Source: Syntrophorhabdales bacterium
GTDB taxonomy: Bacteria; Desulfobacterota; Syntrophorhabdia; Syntrophorhabdales; WCHB1-27
DNA: 44,942 bases
Assembly (NCBI GenBank): GCA_050011095.1
Contig: JBEKJU010000002.1
Span: 1-44,942 of the forward strand
Direction of reading: 5' to 3'
The position numbers and the translations under genes were made by a program. The notes below the pieces were generated by a model, which ran no database searches, was not told where the DNA came from, and was given only the letters and a program-made list of their open reading frames with translations. Position 1 is the first letter of the stretch. Each line of letters starts with the position of its first letter. Of the stretch, positions 28,606 to 37,034 are shown piece by piece.

Positions 28606-30121
28606 AGGAACGGTCCTCGTGGTTGAGGACGACATGAATCAGAGGGGCATAGTCAAGACGATCCTCGCCAAGGACGGTTTTTACGTGGAGGGCGTAGGAA
28701 CGGGGAAAAAGGCGCTTGAGCTCCTCAAGAACAGCTCCTTCGACCTCGTTTTGACGGACCTCCGGCTCCCCGATGTCGAGGGCACGGAGGTCCTGAAAGA
28801 GGTGAAGTCCCAGAACGGACCGTGTCACGTAATCATTATGACGGCCTACGGCTCCATCCCTTCCGCAATAGAGGCGACAAAGCTGGGTGCCTTCCATTAC
28901 CTTGAAAAACCGCTGGAAAAGGACCAGCTCCTGCTCGTGATGAATAACGCGATGAATCAGGTGAAGCTCCTCAGGGACAACCTGATGCTCAAGGACCAGC
29001 TTTACGATAAGTTCCATCTGGACAATATTATCGGCGATCACGGCAGTATGCGCGACCTTTTCGCCATCGTGAGGAAGGTCGCCCCCACCAGCTCAACCGT
29101 CCTCATCTACGGGGAGAGCGGAACGGGAAAGGAGCTTTTCGCAAAGAGCATCCACTACAACAGCCCGAGGAAGGACAGCCCCTTTTTTGCCATCAACTGC
29201 GCGTCCATTCCCGAGAACCTCCTGGAAAGCGAGCTTTTCGGATACGAGAAGGGTGCCTTCACGGGCGCCCTTACCCGTCATACAGGCCTCTTCGAGCAGG
29301 CAAACGGTAGCACCCTCTTCCTCGATGAGATCGGCGACCTCACCCTCGCCATGCAGGCGAAGATACTCCGGGCGATCCAGGAAAAGGAGATACGCCGCGT
29401 GGGAGGCAAGGAGACGCTGAAGCTGGATGTGCGCATCATCACCGCCACGAACAAGAAGCTGGAAGCAGAGATCGCCAAGGGAAATTTCCGTGAGGACCTG
29501 TACTACAGGCTGAATGTCATAGCCTTTACCATACCTCCCCTCAGGGACAAGAAGACCGATATCCCCGTCCTCGTCGAGCATTTCCTGAGAAAACTGAATG
29601 ACACCCACGGGCAAAGAAAGGCCATCTCGAAAGAGGTGCTTCAGGCCATGCTCGATTATCCCTGGCCGGGAAACATAAGACAGCTCGAATCAGTCGTCGA
29701 GCGCTCCTACATTATGTGCGAGGGAGGGGTGATCCACGTCGAACACATGCCGGAGGAGATAAAGCAGGAAGGGAACGAAAAATCATCCCAGAAATTGCGG
29801 CTTGTCGCCGATTACCTTATCGACGCGAAGCTGACCGCGGCCGAATACCGTCTCTACCTGTACCTCACGAAGCTCGACAGCGAGAGGGGGGAAGATGCCG
29901 AGCCGCCGGAGCCGAGGGCCGTCATGGAACGGCTCGGCATCAACAGGGATACATTTTTTGTCGGCATCGCGAAGCTGAAAGAGTTGGGGCTGTACAATTT
30001 CAGGGCAAGGCGGGCGCAGGCAAAACGATCGGGCCTGTCACGACATGGACAGGAAGGGATCGACGAAAACACGCCGGCCGACGGCCGACCGAAATCGGAA
30101 AAACCGCACTTTTCTTCGTGA
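28592..30121 (+). CDS. Sigma-54-dependent response regulator (NtrC family) with an atypical C-terminal DNA-binding region
   Basis: 509 aa with a receiver domain (VLVVEDD..DLVLTDLRLPD), an AAA+ domain with GESGTGKE, GAFTGA, LFLDEIG and NIRQLES, and a C-terminal stretch of about 125 aa that lacks the usual Fis-type HTH. Confidence 0.85.
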   Translation: MRSHKGTVLVVEDDMNQRGIVKTILAKDGFYVEGVGTGKKALELLKNSSFDLVLTDLRLPDVEGTEVLKEVKSQNGPCHVIIMTAYGSIPSAIEATKLGAFHYLEKPLEKDQLLLVMNNAMNQVKLLRDNLMLKDQLYDKFHLDNIIGDHGSMRDLFAIVRKVAPTSSTVLIYGESGTGKELFAKSIHYNSPRKDSPFFAINCASIPENLLESELFGYEKGAFTGALTRHTGLFEQANGSTLFLDEIGDLTLAMQAKILRAIQEKEIRRVGGKETLKLDVRIITATNKKLEAEIAKGNFREDLYYRLNVIAFTIPPLRDKKTDIPVLVEHFLRKLNDTHGQRKAISKEVLQAMLDYPWPGNIRQLESVVERSYIMCEGGVIHVEHMPEEIKQEGNEKSSQKLRLVADYLIDAKLTAAEYRLYLYLTKLDSERGEDAEPPEPRAVMERLGINRDTFFVGIAKLKELGLYNFRARRAQAKRSGLSRHGQEGIDENTPADGRPKSEKPHFSS

Positions 30122-30240
30122 TCACGGTAAAGGGGCCGGCCTCAGGGCGCATTCAAGGGGCGGGGCCGTTACCATTACCTTCGAACATCTCCTCGCGGAT
30201 CCTGCGCGCAGCGATAATTATAAGGTCTCATGGACTGCCA

Positions 30241-32196
30241 TCAGACATAGAGCGGATCGGCTTCTATATGGACGCCGGGCAGCCGGTAGAGGGATGAGAG
30301 AAGTGAGGTGATGTTCGGATCATTTCCCTTCAGGATCACCCTCCAGCCATACTGTCCCTTTACCTGAATGGGCCCGAGCATCCGGTGGTCGAGGTTCGCG
30401 TCGTGCGTCAGTCTTTCTATCTCTTCCATTATGCGCTCACCAGCCTTCTGGCTCCGTTTCACGACATTTATCGAAAATAACCGGGCGTAGGGGGGGAATT
30501 CAGCCGCCCGTCTCTTCTCCAGCTCGTCTTCATAAAATTGCCGGGGAGTGAGAAAAAGCGACAGGTCGAAGGTGTCGCTCCGGGTATAGAGGAAAAGTCC
30601 CCGCGGCCTCAGGGCATCGATCAGGTTTGCGAGCACCTGGAACATCCTCTCCCTCGCCCTGTACCCGCCTATCCTCAAGAATTCGTCCCATCCGTAAAGG
30701 ATGAGCCGGCCCGTGTCGAGCCCGTAGAGCTTGGAGAGGATGTGGGTTCCCACAATGATATGTCCGCCGGTGCCGCTTTCCAATGACCGGAGGTCTCGAA
30801 GTCTTTCCGCCTCTCCCGTCACCCTGAAGACCGTCCGGTCAGGGAAGGCCTCCGCCATCCGTGCCTCCAGGTACTCCGCGCCCACGTCGAAAAACCTGAC
30901 CAGCCCGGAGCCACAAAGGGCGCAACGCTCTTCGTATGGAAAGAGACCCTTGCAACTCGTGCAGGTCAATCTCTCTTTCTCCCTGTGGTAACTGACCGTG
31001 ACCGCCCCGCAGTTCGGGCAGCTAAGGGGCTCGCCGCAGGCGGCGCACGAGAGGTTCGCCGCGTACGATCTCCGGGGCGTATGGATGACGACATTCTCGC
31101 CCTGATCCAGGGTCTCCCCCACGGCTTCGATCACCGCGCGAGGCACGTCGGCATTGAGCGGTGTGCGCTTATCGGCCCTCGCATATGAAACGATGGGCCG
31201 CGCGACAGGCCGGTCTTCCCTGATCTCGAGGGCGCCCTCGGACGCCCACTTGAGGACCTCCAAGGGGGGCGCGACGCTCCCGAGGACGGCCTGGACGTGA
31301 GCGATCTCCGCCTTCCTGATAGCAAGGCGCGCCGCGTTGAATCTGAAGGCCTCCTCGTTACGGTACCCGTCTTCCTCGGGCCTCTCGATGATGACGAGGC
31401 CGGTGTCCGTCACGGGGAGAAAGACACAGCTCTTGTTCCCGAGGATCAAGCGCCTTCTCTCGGTTCTCGCCCTGAAGTAGGTCTCCGCCTTTCTTTTCTC
31501 CGGTATCGAACTGCCGTACCAGAAAACGGCCCCTGGGAAGCGCTCCAGTAAGGAACGGGAGAAAAAGGCGCCGGCTGCCTGGTAATCGGGGAGAAGCATC
31601 AGGACATTCTTGCCCCGATCGAACTCTTTCGAGATGAGGGAGGTATAAAAATCGAGGCGCTCCCTTACCCCGGCGAGGTATAGAACAAGGCGGAACGTGT
31701 CTGTTCCGGCAGGACGCCCTTCCGGCTCGACCGTTCTTCCGGTGAAGACGTCGGTGAGCCCCATGAGCGACCTTCCGAGGTAGTCGAGAAGCCGCGTTTT
31801 GCCCGCCAAGGCGCTCGCCTTCCTCAGGGTGAGGTTGTTCAGGTGGGCGACGGAGGGCTCTTCCGTCTTCACCAGGCAGTACTTTTCCATCTTTATTGTC
31901 GATGAAAGGGCATACTTGAGGACAAGGCCAATGGGCGCCACATAGTGGCGGGATGCCCACGTGCAGAGATCGAAGCACGCGTCATCGATGAGGGGGAGCC
32001 AATCGACGAGGGCCTGCACGGGCTTGAGGCTGTCTTGCTCCCCATCGTCGATACCCAGGATAAATCCGACCAGCGTTCGGTTGCGAAAGGGAACCTTCAC
32101 CCTCGCCAGAGGCCGCGCGAAAGGGGCCAATGCGTCGGGAAGGGCATAAGAGAACACCTTGTCGATGGGCAGGGGGAGCGCGACCTGGGCGATCAT
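30241..32196 (-). CDS. priA: PriA-like primosomal protein N' homolog with degenerate helicase motifs (candidate pseudohelicase)
   Basis: 651 aa with a PriA-type N-terminal 3'-DNA-binding region (VALPLPIDKVFSYALP..VKVPFRNRTLVGFILGI) and a four-CxxC zinc module (CAACGEPLSCPNCG..CTSCKG..CALCGS). GVRERLD replaces GSGKT(E/D), IIERPEED replaces V(I/V)DEEHD, and NLIDALRP replaces QVAGRAGR. Confidence 0.7.
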   Translation of the reverse strand: MIAQVALPLPIDKVFSYALPDALAPFARPLARVKVPFRNRTLVGFILGIDDGEQDSLKPVQALVDWLPLIDDACFDLCTWASRHYVAPIGLVLKYALSSTIKMEKYCLVKTEEPSVAHLNNLTLRKASALAGKTRLLDYLGRSLMGLTDVFTGRTVEPEGRPAGTDTFRLVLYLAGVRERLDFYTSLISKEFDRGKNVLMLLPDYQAAGAFFSRSLLERFPGAVFWYGSSIPEKRKAETYFRARTERRRLILGNKSCVFLPVTDTGLVIIERPEEDGYRNEEAFRFNAARLAIRKAEIAHVQAVLGSVAPPLEVLKWASEGALEIREDRPVARPIVSYARADKRTPLNADVPRAVIEAVGETLDQGENVVIHTPRRSYAANLSCAACGEPLSCPNCGAVTVSYHREKERLTCTSCKGLFPYEERCALCGSGLVRFFDVGAEYLEARMAEAFPDRTVFRVTGEAERLRDLRSLESGTGGHIIVGTHILSKLYGLDTGRLILYGWDEFLRIGGYRARERMFQVLANLIDALRPRGLFLYTRSDTFDLSLFLTPRQFYEDELEKRRAAEFPPYARLFSINVVKRSQKAGERIMEEIERLTHDANLDHRMLGPIQVKGQYGWRVILKGNDPNITSLLSSLYRLPGVHIEADPLYV

Positions 32197-33015
32197 GCGG
32201 CAGGCGTGGGCGAAAGCGGCTCGAGTCTGACGAGTCGCACCTTCTTGAGGGACCCGCCGAGGACACGGCCACCAAGGTCGGATAGCTTGTCGGGCGCGTC
32301 GGTGACGAAATAATCACATCCCCCCTTGCCTGACTCCTTATGGGAACCGCACTTTTCCAGCATCCTCTGGACCTCCCGGGCAGTCTCTTTCCCAGAATTG
32401 ACGATGTGGACGTCGTTCCCCAGAAATTCGCGGATCCGCGGCTCCAGGATCGGATAATGGGTGCAGCCCATGACAAGGACATCTATGCCCGAATGCTTCA
32501 ATTCGCGCAGATATTTCTCGACGACAATCCTCGCGACCTCGTCCTCCTCCAGCCCCTCTTCAACGACCGGCACGAAAAGAGGGCAGGCCCGGGATATTAC
32601 CTCTACGGATGGATCGAGCTTCCTGACGGCCTTTACATAGGCCTGGCTCGCTATGGTCGCCCTGGTGCCGATCACCCCTATCTTTTTCCTCCGGGTCCTT
32701 TTGACCGCCTCCCGCGCGGGGGGCTCGATAACGCCGACCACCGGGATGGACAGCCTCCTTCTCAAGACGGTGAGGGCTATGGCGCTCGACGTGTTGCAGG
32801 CAACAATCAGCATCTTGATGCCCCTGGTCAGGAGAAACCGCGTGTTTTCCAGGGAGTAACGGGCAACCGTCGCGGCCGACCTGTTGCCGTAAGGCACGCG
32901 CGCCGTGTCGCCGAGATAGACGATATGCTCGTGAGGCAGGAGCTTCCTCACCTCCTTGAGCACGGTCAGCCCTCCGACGCCCGAATCAAACATGCCCAGG
33001 GACAGGTCTTTCATG
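32193..33015 (-). CDS. murI: Glutamate racemase
   Basis: MFDSGVGGLTVLKEV, LIVACNTSS and LVMGCTHYP motifs are present. I prefer ATG 33015 over the tracked TTG at 33020. The stop overlaps the priA-like start (ATGA). Confidence 0.85.
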
Positions 33016-33124
33016 GGCAAGAGCTTATTCCGACCCCCTTTAAAAAGTCAAGGTCGGCTCGCGCGACCGATGCGTCTTCCTTCGATTGAAAATTGGAATA
33101 AATGACGCCGGGCGTGAACCGGCA

Positions 33125-34105
33125 TCAACCCCTCATCAGTCCGAGGGCATCCCTGACTTCGCTCATCGTTTCCGCCGCGATGCGCCGGCACTCGGCGGCT
33201 CCCGTGTGGAGGGCGTCCAGGACGTAGTCGGATTGCCCTTTCAGCGAAAGGGCCTTCTCTCTGATGGGGGTAAGCTCGGCCATCATATTCGTGAAGAGCA
33301 CCCGCTTGCAGTCTATGCAGCCGATGGAAGCGCTTCTGCAGCCCCTATCGAGTTCTCGCGCCGCCTGGTCAGGGGAAAATGCGCGGTGCATCGTGTAAAT
33401 GTTGCAGACATCGGGATTGCCCGCATCGGTCCGCCTCACCCTGGCTACATCGGTTACAGCGGTTCTCACCTTCTCCCATATGCTGCCTTCGTCTTCCAGA
33501 ATACCGATGTAGTTGCCGAGCGTCTTCGACATCTTGCTCTTGCCGTCCATGCCCATGATCCTCGGCGCGCACGACAGGATCGCCTGGGGTTCAGGGAGCA
33601 CCTGCCCGAACCGGGCGTTGAACTTTCGGGCTATCTCCCGGGACAGCTCGATGTGCTGAACCTGATCTTCGCCGACGGGCACGAATCCGGCCCTATATAC
33701 CAGGATGTCGGCCGCCTGAAGCACAGGGTAATCCATAAGGCCCATGTTGATGTTCGTCTTGTGCTGCCGGGACTTGTCCTTGAACTGGGTCATCCTTTCG
33801 ACGTCGCCCACCGACGTAACGCAGTTGAATATCCACCCCAGCTCCGTATGTTCAGGGACGTGGGACTGGATCATCAAATGGCACTTTGCGGGGTCCAGGC
33901 CGCAGGCGATAAGGATGATGGCGGTGTCGAGGCACCTCTGCCGCAGCTCACCCGTCTCATACTCGACCGTTATGGCGTGATAGTCGACGACGCCGTAGAT
34001 GCACTGGTACTCTTCCACGAGAGAGACCCACTGTCTGAGCGCCCCCACGTAATTGCCGATATGTATGTCGCCGGTCGGCTGGATGCCGCTGAAGACCCTG
34101 CCCAT
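33125..34105 (-). CDS. trpS: Tryptophan--tRNA ligase
   Basis: SGIQPTGDIHIGNYVGAL (HIGH), KMSKTLGN (KMSKS) and a C-terminal Cys motif C-x21-C-x6-C-x2-C. Start placed at ATG 34105 with a GGGAGG RBS; the tracked ORF starts at TTG 34117. Confidence 0.9.
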   Translation of the reverse strand: MGRVFSGIQPTGDIHIGNYVGALRQWVSLVEEYQCIYGVVDYHAITVEYETGELRQRCLDTAIILIACGLDPAKCHLMIQSHVPEHTELGWIFNCVTSVGDVERMTQFKDKSRQHKTNINMGLMDYPVLQAADILVYRAGFVPVGEDQVQHIELSREIARKFNARFGQVLPEPQAILSCAPRIMGMDGKSKMSKTLGNYIGILEDEGSIWEKVRTAVTDVARVRRTDAGNPDVCNIYTMHRAFSPDQAARELDRGCRSASIGCIDCKRVLFTNMMAELTPIREKALSLKGQSDYVLDALHTGAAECRRIAAETMSEVRDALGLMRG

Positions 34106-34125
34106 GAGACCTCCCAAAACCCGAT

Positions 34126-34154
34126 ACTGTACACTAATCCGCCTTCAAAATCAA
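34126..34154 (-). promoter_or_regulatory. Candidate sigma-70 promoter of trpS
   Basis: On the minus strand: TTGATT (34154-34149), 17-nt spacer, TACAGT (34131-34126). Confidence 0.4.
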
Positions 34155-34222
34155 TAAGGCCGCGGGCGGCCTGTACAATGCAATCGTTGACAATGTTCCC
34201 CGAAAAAGACTATATATAGTTG

Positions 34223-34313
34223 TCATGCTCCGAAACTGTCTCTCATGCTGCGAAACGTTGTATATTATTTCGTAGAAAATTGTATACAGAATCGTGGTTT
34301 TTTATGATAGAAT
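34223..34313 (+). promoter_or_regulatory. Candidate operator/promoter region of the GntR-family gene
   Basis: An AT-rich stretch with a 14-nt direct repeat TCATGCT(C/G)CGAAAC at 34223-34236 and 34243-34256 (20-nt period), a perfect palindrome TGTATACA (34281-34288, GT-N-AC type as used by GntR regulators) and an extended -10 TGATAGAAT (34305-34313). Confidence 0.4.
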
Positions 34314-34374
34314 ATGTTCCCTTTATTGTGATAAACAGATGCCGGTTGGTCTTAAGTAAGAAGGAGGGAGTTTG

Positions 34375-35070
34375 ATGAACGACAAGAGAAGCGGTGACGA
34401 TCGAAAAAGAAAGAAAAAAAAGCTCTTGAGGGAGCAGGTGTACAGCGGCATAAAGAACTCCATCATCAGCGGAGAATTCGAACCGGGTAGAAGACTTATC
34501 GAAGAGAGGCTCGCCGAGGATATGAAGACGAGCCGCACACCGGTCCGTGAGGCGATTCAGAAGCTCGAAAAGGAAGGGCTCATATACAGGCTTCCCAGGG
34601 GTGGATTCGCCGTCAAGGGCGTCAGTGAAGATGAGATCGAGGAGGTATTCGGCCTGAGGGCGGTCCTCGAAGGCTACGCCGGCTATCTTGCGACGGCAAG
34701 AATCAAGGAAGAGGAACTGAAGTCGCTCGAAGAGATCATCGGCATGGAGGAGGCGATTCTCCATGATATGGACATCGAAGAGTTTATCAGGCTCGACGGT
34801 GAATTCCACGACAACCTCTACAGGGCAGCCAAGAATAACCGTCTCCACGGCCTCCTCAACGACCTCCGCGACTACATGTACCGCTACAGGATGATCATCT
34901 TACGCTACGGGAGAAAGGCCGCCCTCGCGGTTCAGGACCACAAGGATATGATCGCGTCGATAAGGGCGAAGAACGCGAGGCAGGTCGAAAAGCTCGTGAG
35001 AAAACACATGGGCAGGGGGAAAGACATTATCAAGAAAAAGATAAGGCAGGGGCAGGAGCCGAGGATATAG
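34375..35070 (+). CDS. GntR family transcriptional regulator (FadR/FCD subfamily)
   Basis: N-terminal wHTH (LREQVYSGIKNSIISGEFEPGRRLIEERLAEDMKTSRTPVREAIQKLEKEGLI) and a helical FCD-like C-terminal domain. ATG 34375 lies 7 nt after an AAGGAGG RBS. Confidence 0.8.
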   Translation: MNDKRSGDDRKRKKKKLLREQVYSGIKNSIISGEFEPGRRLIEERLAEDMKTSRTPVREAIQKLEKEGLIYRLPRGGFAVKGVSEDEIEEVFGLRAVLEGYAGYLATARIKEEELKSLEEIIGMEEAILHDMDIEEFIRLDGEFHDNLYRAAKNNRLHGLLNDLRDYMYRYRMIILRYGRKAALAVQDHKDMIASIRAKNARQVEKLVRKHMGRGKDIIKKKIRQGQEPRI

Positions 35071-35139
35071 GGCCGCGTCTCAATTGCGCGGCCATGGGCG
35101 GCTGCTTCCCTGCAATTTTATATAAACGGGGCATATGCC

Positions 35140-36945
35140 TTGAAATGGCTCAGCGAGCCGAAGGAGGTAATATTGGAAAACATCGTTGAAACATGGGTTG
35201 GGGAACAGGCAAAACTCACGAAGCCCGACAAGGTCCACTGGGTGCAGGGCACTGAGGAGGAGATGCGAAGACTTGTTGATCTCGGTATAAAGGAAGAGAA
35301 GACCGGCTTCCATCATACCTTCCAGGCCCTCAACCCGAGCGCTTTCCCGAACTCCTATCTCCACAGGAGCCATCCCAATGACGTCGCTAGGACCGAACAG
35401 CTCACGTTTGTCTGTCTCCCGAAAAAGGAAGATGCGGGCCCGAATAACAACTGGATGGAGCCGCAGGAGGCGCTCAAGATGCTCCGCACCCTCTACGACG
35501 GCTGCATGCGCGGAAGGACCCTCTACGTCATCCCCTATATGATGGGTCATCCCGATTCACCCTATGCGAGGCCGTGCGTCCAGATCACCGATTCGATCTA
35601 CGTTGTTGTCAGCATGTACATCATGACGAGGGTCGGGGCCAAGGTGCTCGATATAATCAATTCCAGGGGCAATTTCGTAAAGGGTCTCCATTCGATCGGC
35701 GATCTCAATCCTGAAAGGCGCTATATCATGCACTTTCCCCAGGATGATCTGGTGATGAGCTTCGGTTCGGGCTACGGTGGAAACGCCCTTTTGGGAAAGA
35801 AGTGCATTTCCCTCAGGATCGCCTCGTATCTCGGCTATCAGCAGGGGTGGCTCGCGGAGCATATGATCATCATGGGTGTCCAGGACCCCGAGGGCGATAT
35901 CACGTATATCCTCGGTTCCTTTCCCTCCGCCTGCGGCAAGACGAACCTCGCCATGCTCGATCCCGTCATGGAGGGCTACAGGGTATTTACATTGGGCGAC
36001 GATATTGCATGGATCAATCCGGGACCCGACGGAAGACTATACGCCATAAACCCCGAATTCGGTTTCTTTGGCGTGGCGCCGGGCACGTCCGACAAAACGA
36101 ACCCTAATATGATGAAGACGTTGAGGGGCGACAAGTGGTACCCCACCCTCTTCACCAACACCGGACTCGACACGAGCACGAATTCGCCCTGGTGGGAAGG
36201 ATTGACGGACAATGTGCCGGAACCCATGCTCGACTGGCAGGGAAAACCCTACGACAGCCGGAGCGGCGGCAACGTGGCCCATCCGAATTCACGCTTCACC
36301 GTCTCCCTTTACAACTGTCCTGTCCTCTCCCCCGAGGTCGATAATCCGAAAGGCGTGCCTATCTCGGGGATACTCTACGGGGGCAGAAGGTCGACCACCA
36401 TACCCCTGGTTGTTGAGAGCTTTGACTGGGAACACGGCGTATTCAGGGCCTCTGCCAACGGATCGGAGACCACGGCCGCGGCGAGCGGCAAGGCGGGGGT
36501 TGTGAGAAGGGACCCCATGGCGATGCTTCCTTTCTGCGGTTACAACATGGCGGACTATTTTGCCCATTATCTCAAAGTGGGAAAAGGCCTCACAAAACCG
36601 CCGAAAATGTTTTTCGTCAACTGGTTCAGGAAAGATAGCAACGGAAAATTCATATGGCCCGGCTTCAGGGACAATTCCCGGGTCATCAAGTGGATGGTGG
36701 ATAGGATCAAGGGCAAGGTGCAGGCGAGGGAAACCGCGGTCGGTCTCATGCCGCACCTCGCAGACCTTGATATGAGGGGCCTTTCCCTTCCTCCAGGGAC
36801 GATAGAGAACCTCTTCGAGGTGAACAAGGCTCAGTGGGAGCAGGAAGTGGCCGAGATCGAGACCTTCTACGGGCAGTTCGGCGATAGACTGCCGAAGGCG
36901 CTGAGAAACAGGCTCGCCGAGCTGAAGGCGAATCTGTCCAAATAG
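35140..36945 (+). CDS. pckG: Phosphoenolpyruvate carboxykinase (GTP)
   Basis: 601 aa with FPSACGKTNLAML (kinase-1a P-loop), GDDIAWI and NWFRKDSNGKFIWPGFRDNSRV. The TTG start at 35140 is uncertain. Confidence 0.9.
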   Translation: MKWLSEPKEVILENIVETWVGEQAKLTKPDKVHWVQGTEEEMRRLVDLGIKEEKTGFHHTFQALNPSAFPNSYLHRSHPNDVARTEQLTFVCLPKKEDAGPNNNWMEPQEALKMLRTLYDGCMRGRTLYVIPYMMGHPDSPYARPCVQITDSIYVVVSMYIMTRVGAKVLDIINSRGNFVKGLHSIGDLNPERRYIMHFPQDDLVMSFGSGYGGNALLGKKCISLRIASYLGYQQGWLAEHMIIMGVQDPEGDITYILGSFPSACGKTNLAMLDPVMEGYRVFTLGDDIAWINPGPDGRLYAINPEFGFFGVAPGTSDKTNPNMMKTLRGDKWYPTLFTNTGLDTSTNSPWWEGLTDNVPEPMLDWQGKPYDSRSGGNVAHPNSRFTVSLYNCPVLSPEVDNPKGVPISGILYGGRRSTTIPLVVESFDWEHGVFRASANGSETTAAASGKAGVVRRDPMAMLPFCGYNMADYFAHYLKVGKGLTKPPKMFFVNWFRKDSNGKFIWPGFRDNSRVIKWMVDRIKGKVQARETAVGLMPHLADLDMRGLSLPPGTIENLFEVNKAQWEQEVAEIETFYGQFGDRLPKALRNRLAELKANLSK

Positions 36946-36964
36946 ACGCTAATCGCCTACGAAA

Positions 36965-37000
36965 GAAGGGGGCATCTTCCGAATGGAGGATGCCCCCTTC
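36965..37000. terminator. Strong hairpin between convergent pckG and mreB (probable bidirectional terminator)
   Basis: A 16-bp stem GAAGGGGGCATCTTCC / GGAGGATGCCCCCTTC with one G-T pair and a GAAT loop. On the minus strand it is followed by TTTCGT. On the plus strand it runs into the family-A motif CCCCCTTCATAAAAAGGA (36993-37010). Confidence 0.55.
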
Positions 37001-37034
37001 ATAAAAAGGATGGACCGTGGACGAAGCGGCCCTC

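Noticed and set aside
27112-30121. Kinase/activator pair as a horizontally acquired island
   Set aside because: The impression of lower GC is by eye only. There are no flanking repeats, tRNA or mobility genes, and the gene overlaps with gltX paralog 2 argue for long residence. It is kept only as a side note within the bEBP finding.
34257-34284. dif-like XerCD site (TGTATATTAT matches the central and right-arm junction of the E. coli dif site)
   Set aside because: Only the 10-nt core matches. The flanking arms do not resemble the dif arms and are not mutually inverted. The position in a promoter region next to a GntR gene makes an operator a better explanation.
35099-35114. Sigma-54 promoter-like CGGC-N8-CTGCA (GG and GC spaced correctly) upstream of pckG
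   Set aside because: Only about 7 of 12 conserved positions match, including mismatches at flanking T, A and C positions. Such matches are expected by chance in GC-rich DNA, and the leader would be only about 15 nt. It is worth testing only if the bEBP regulon is mapped.
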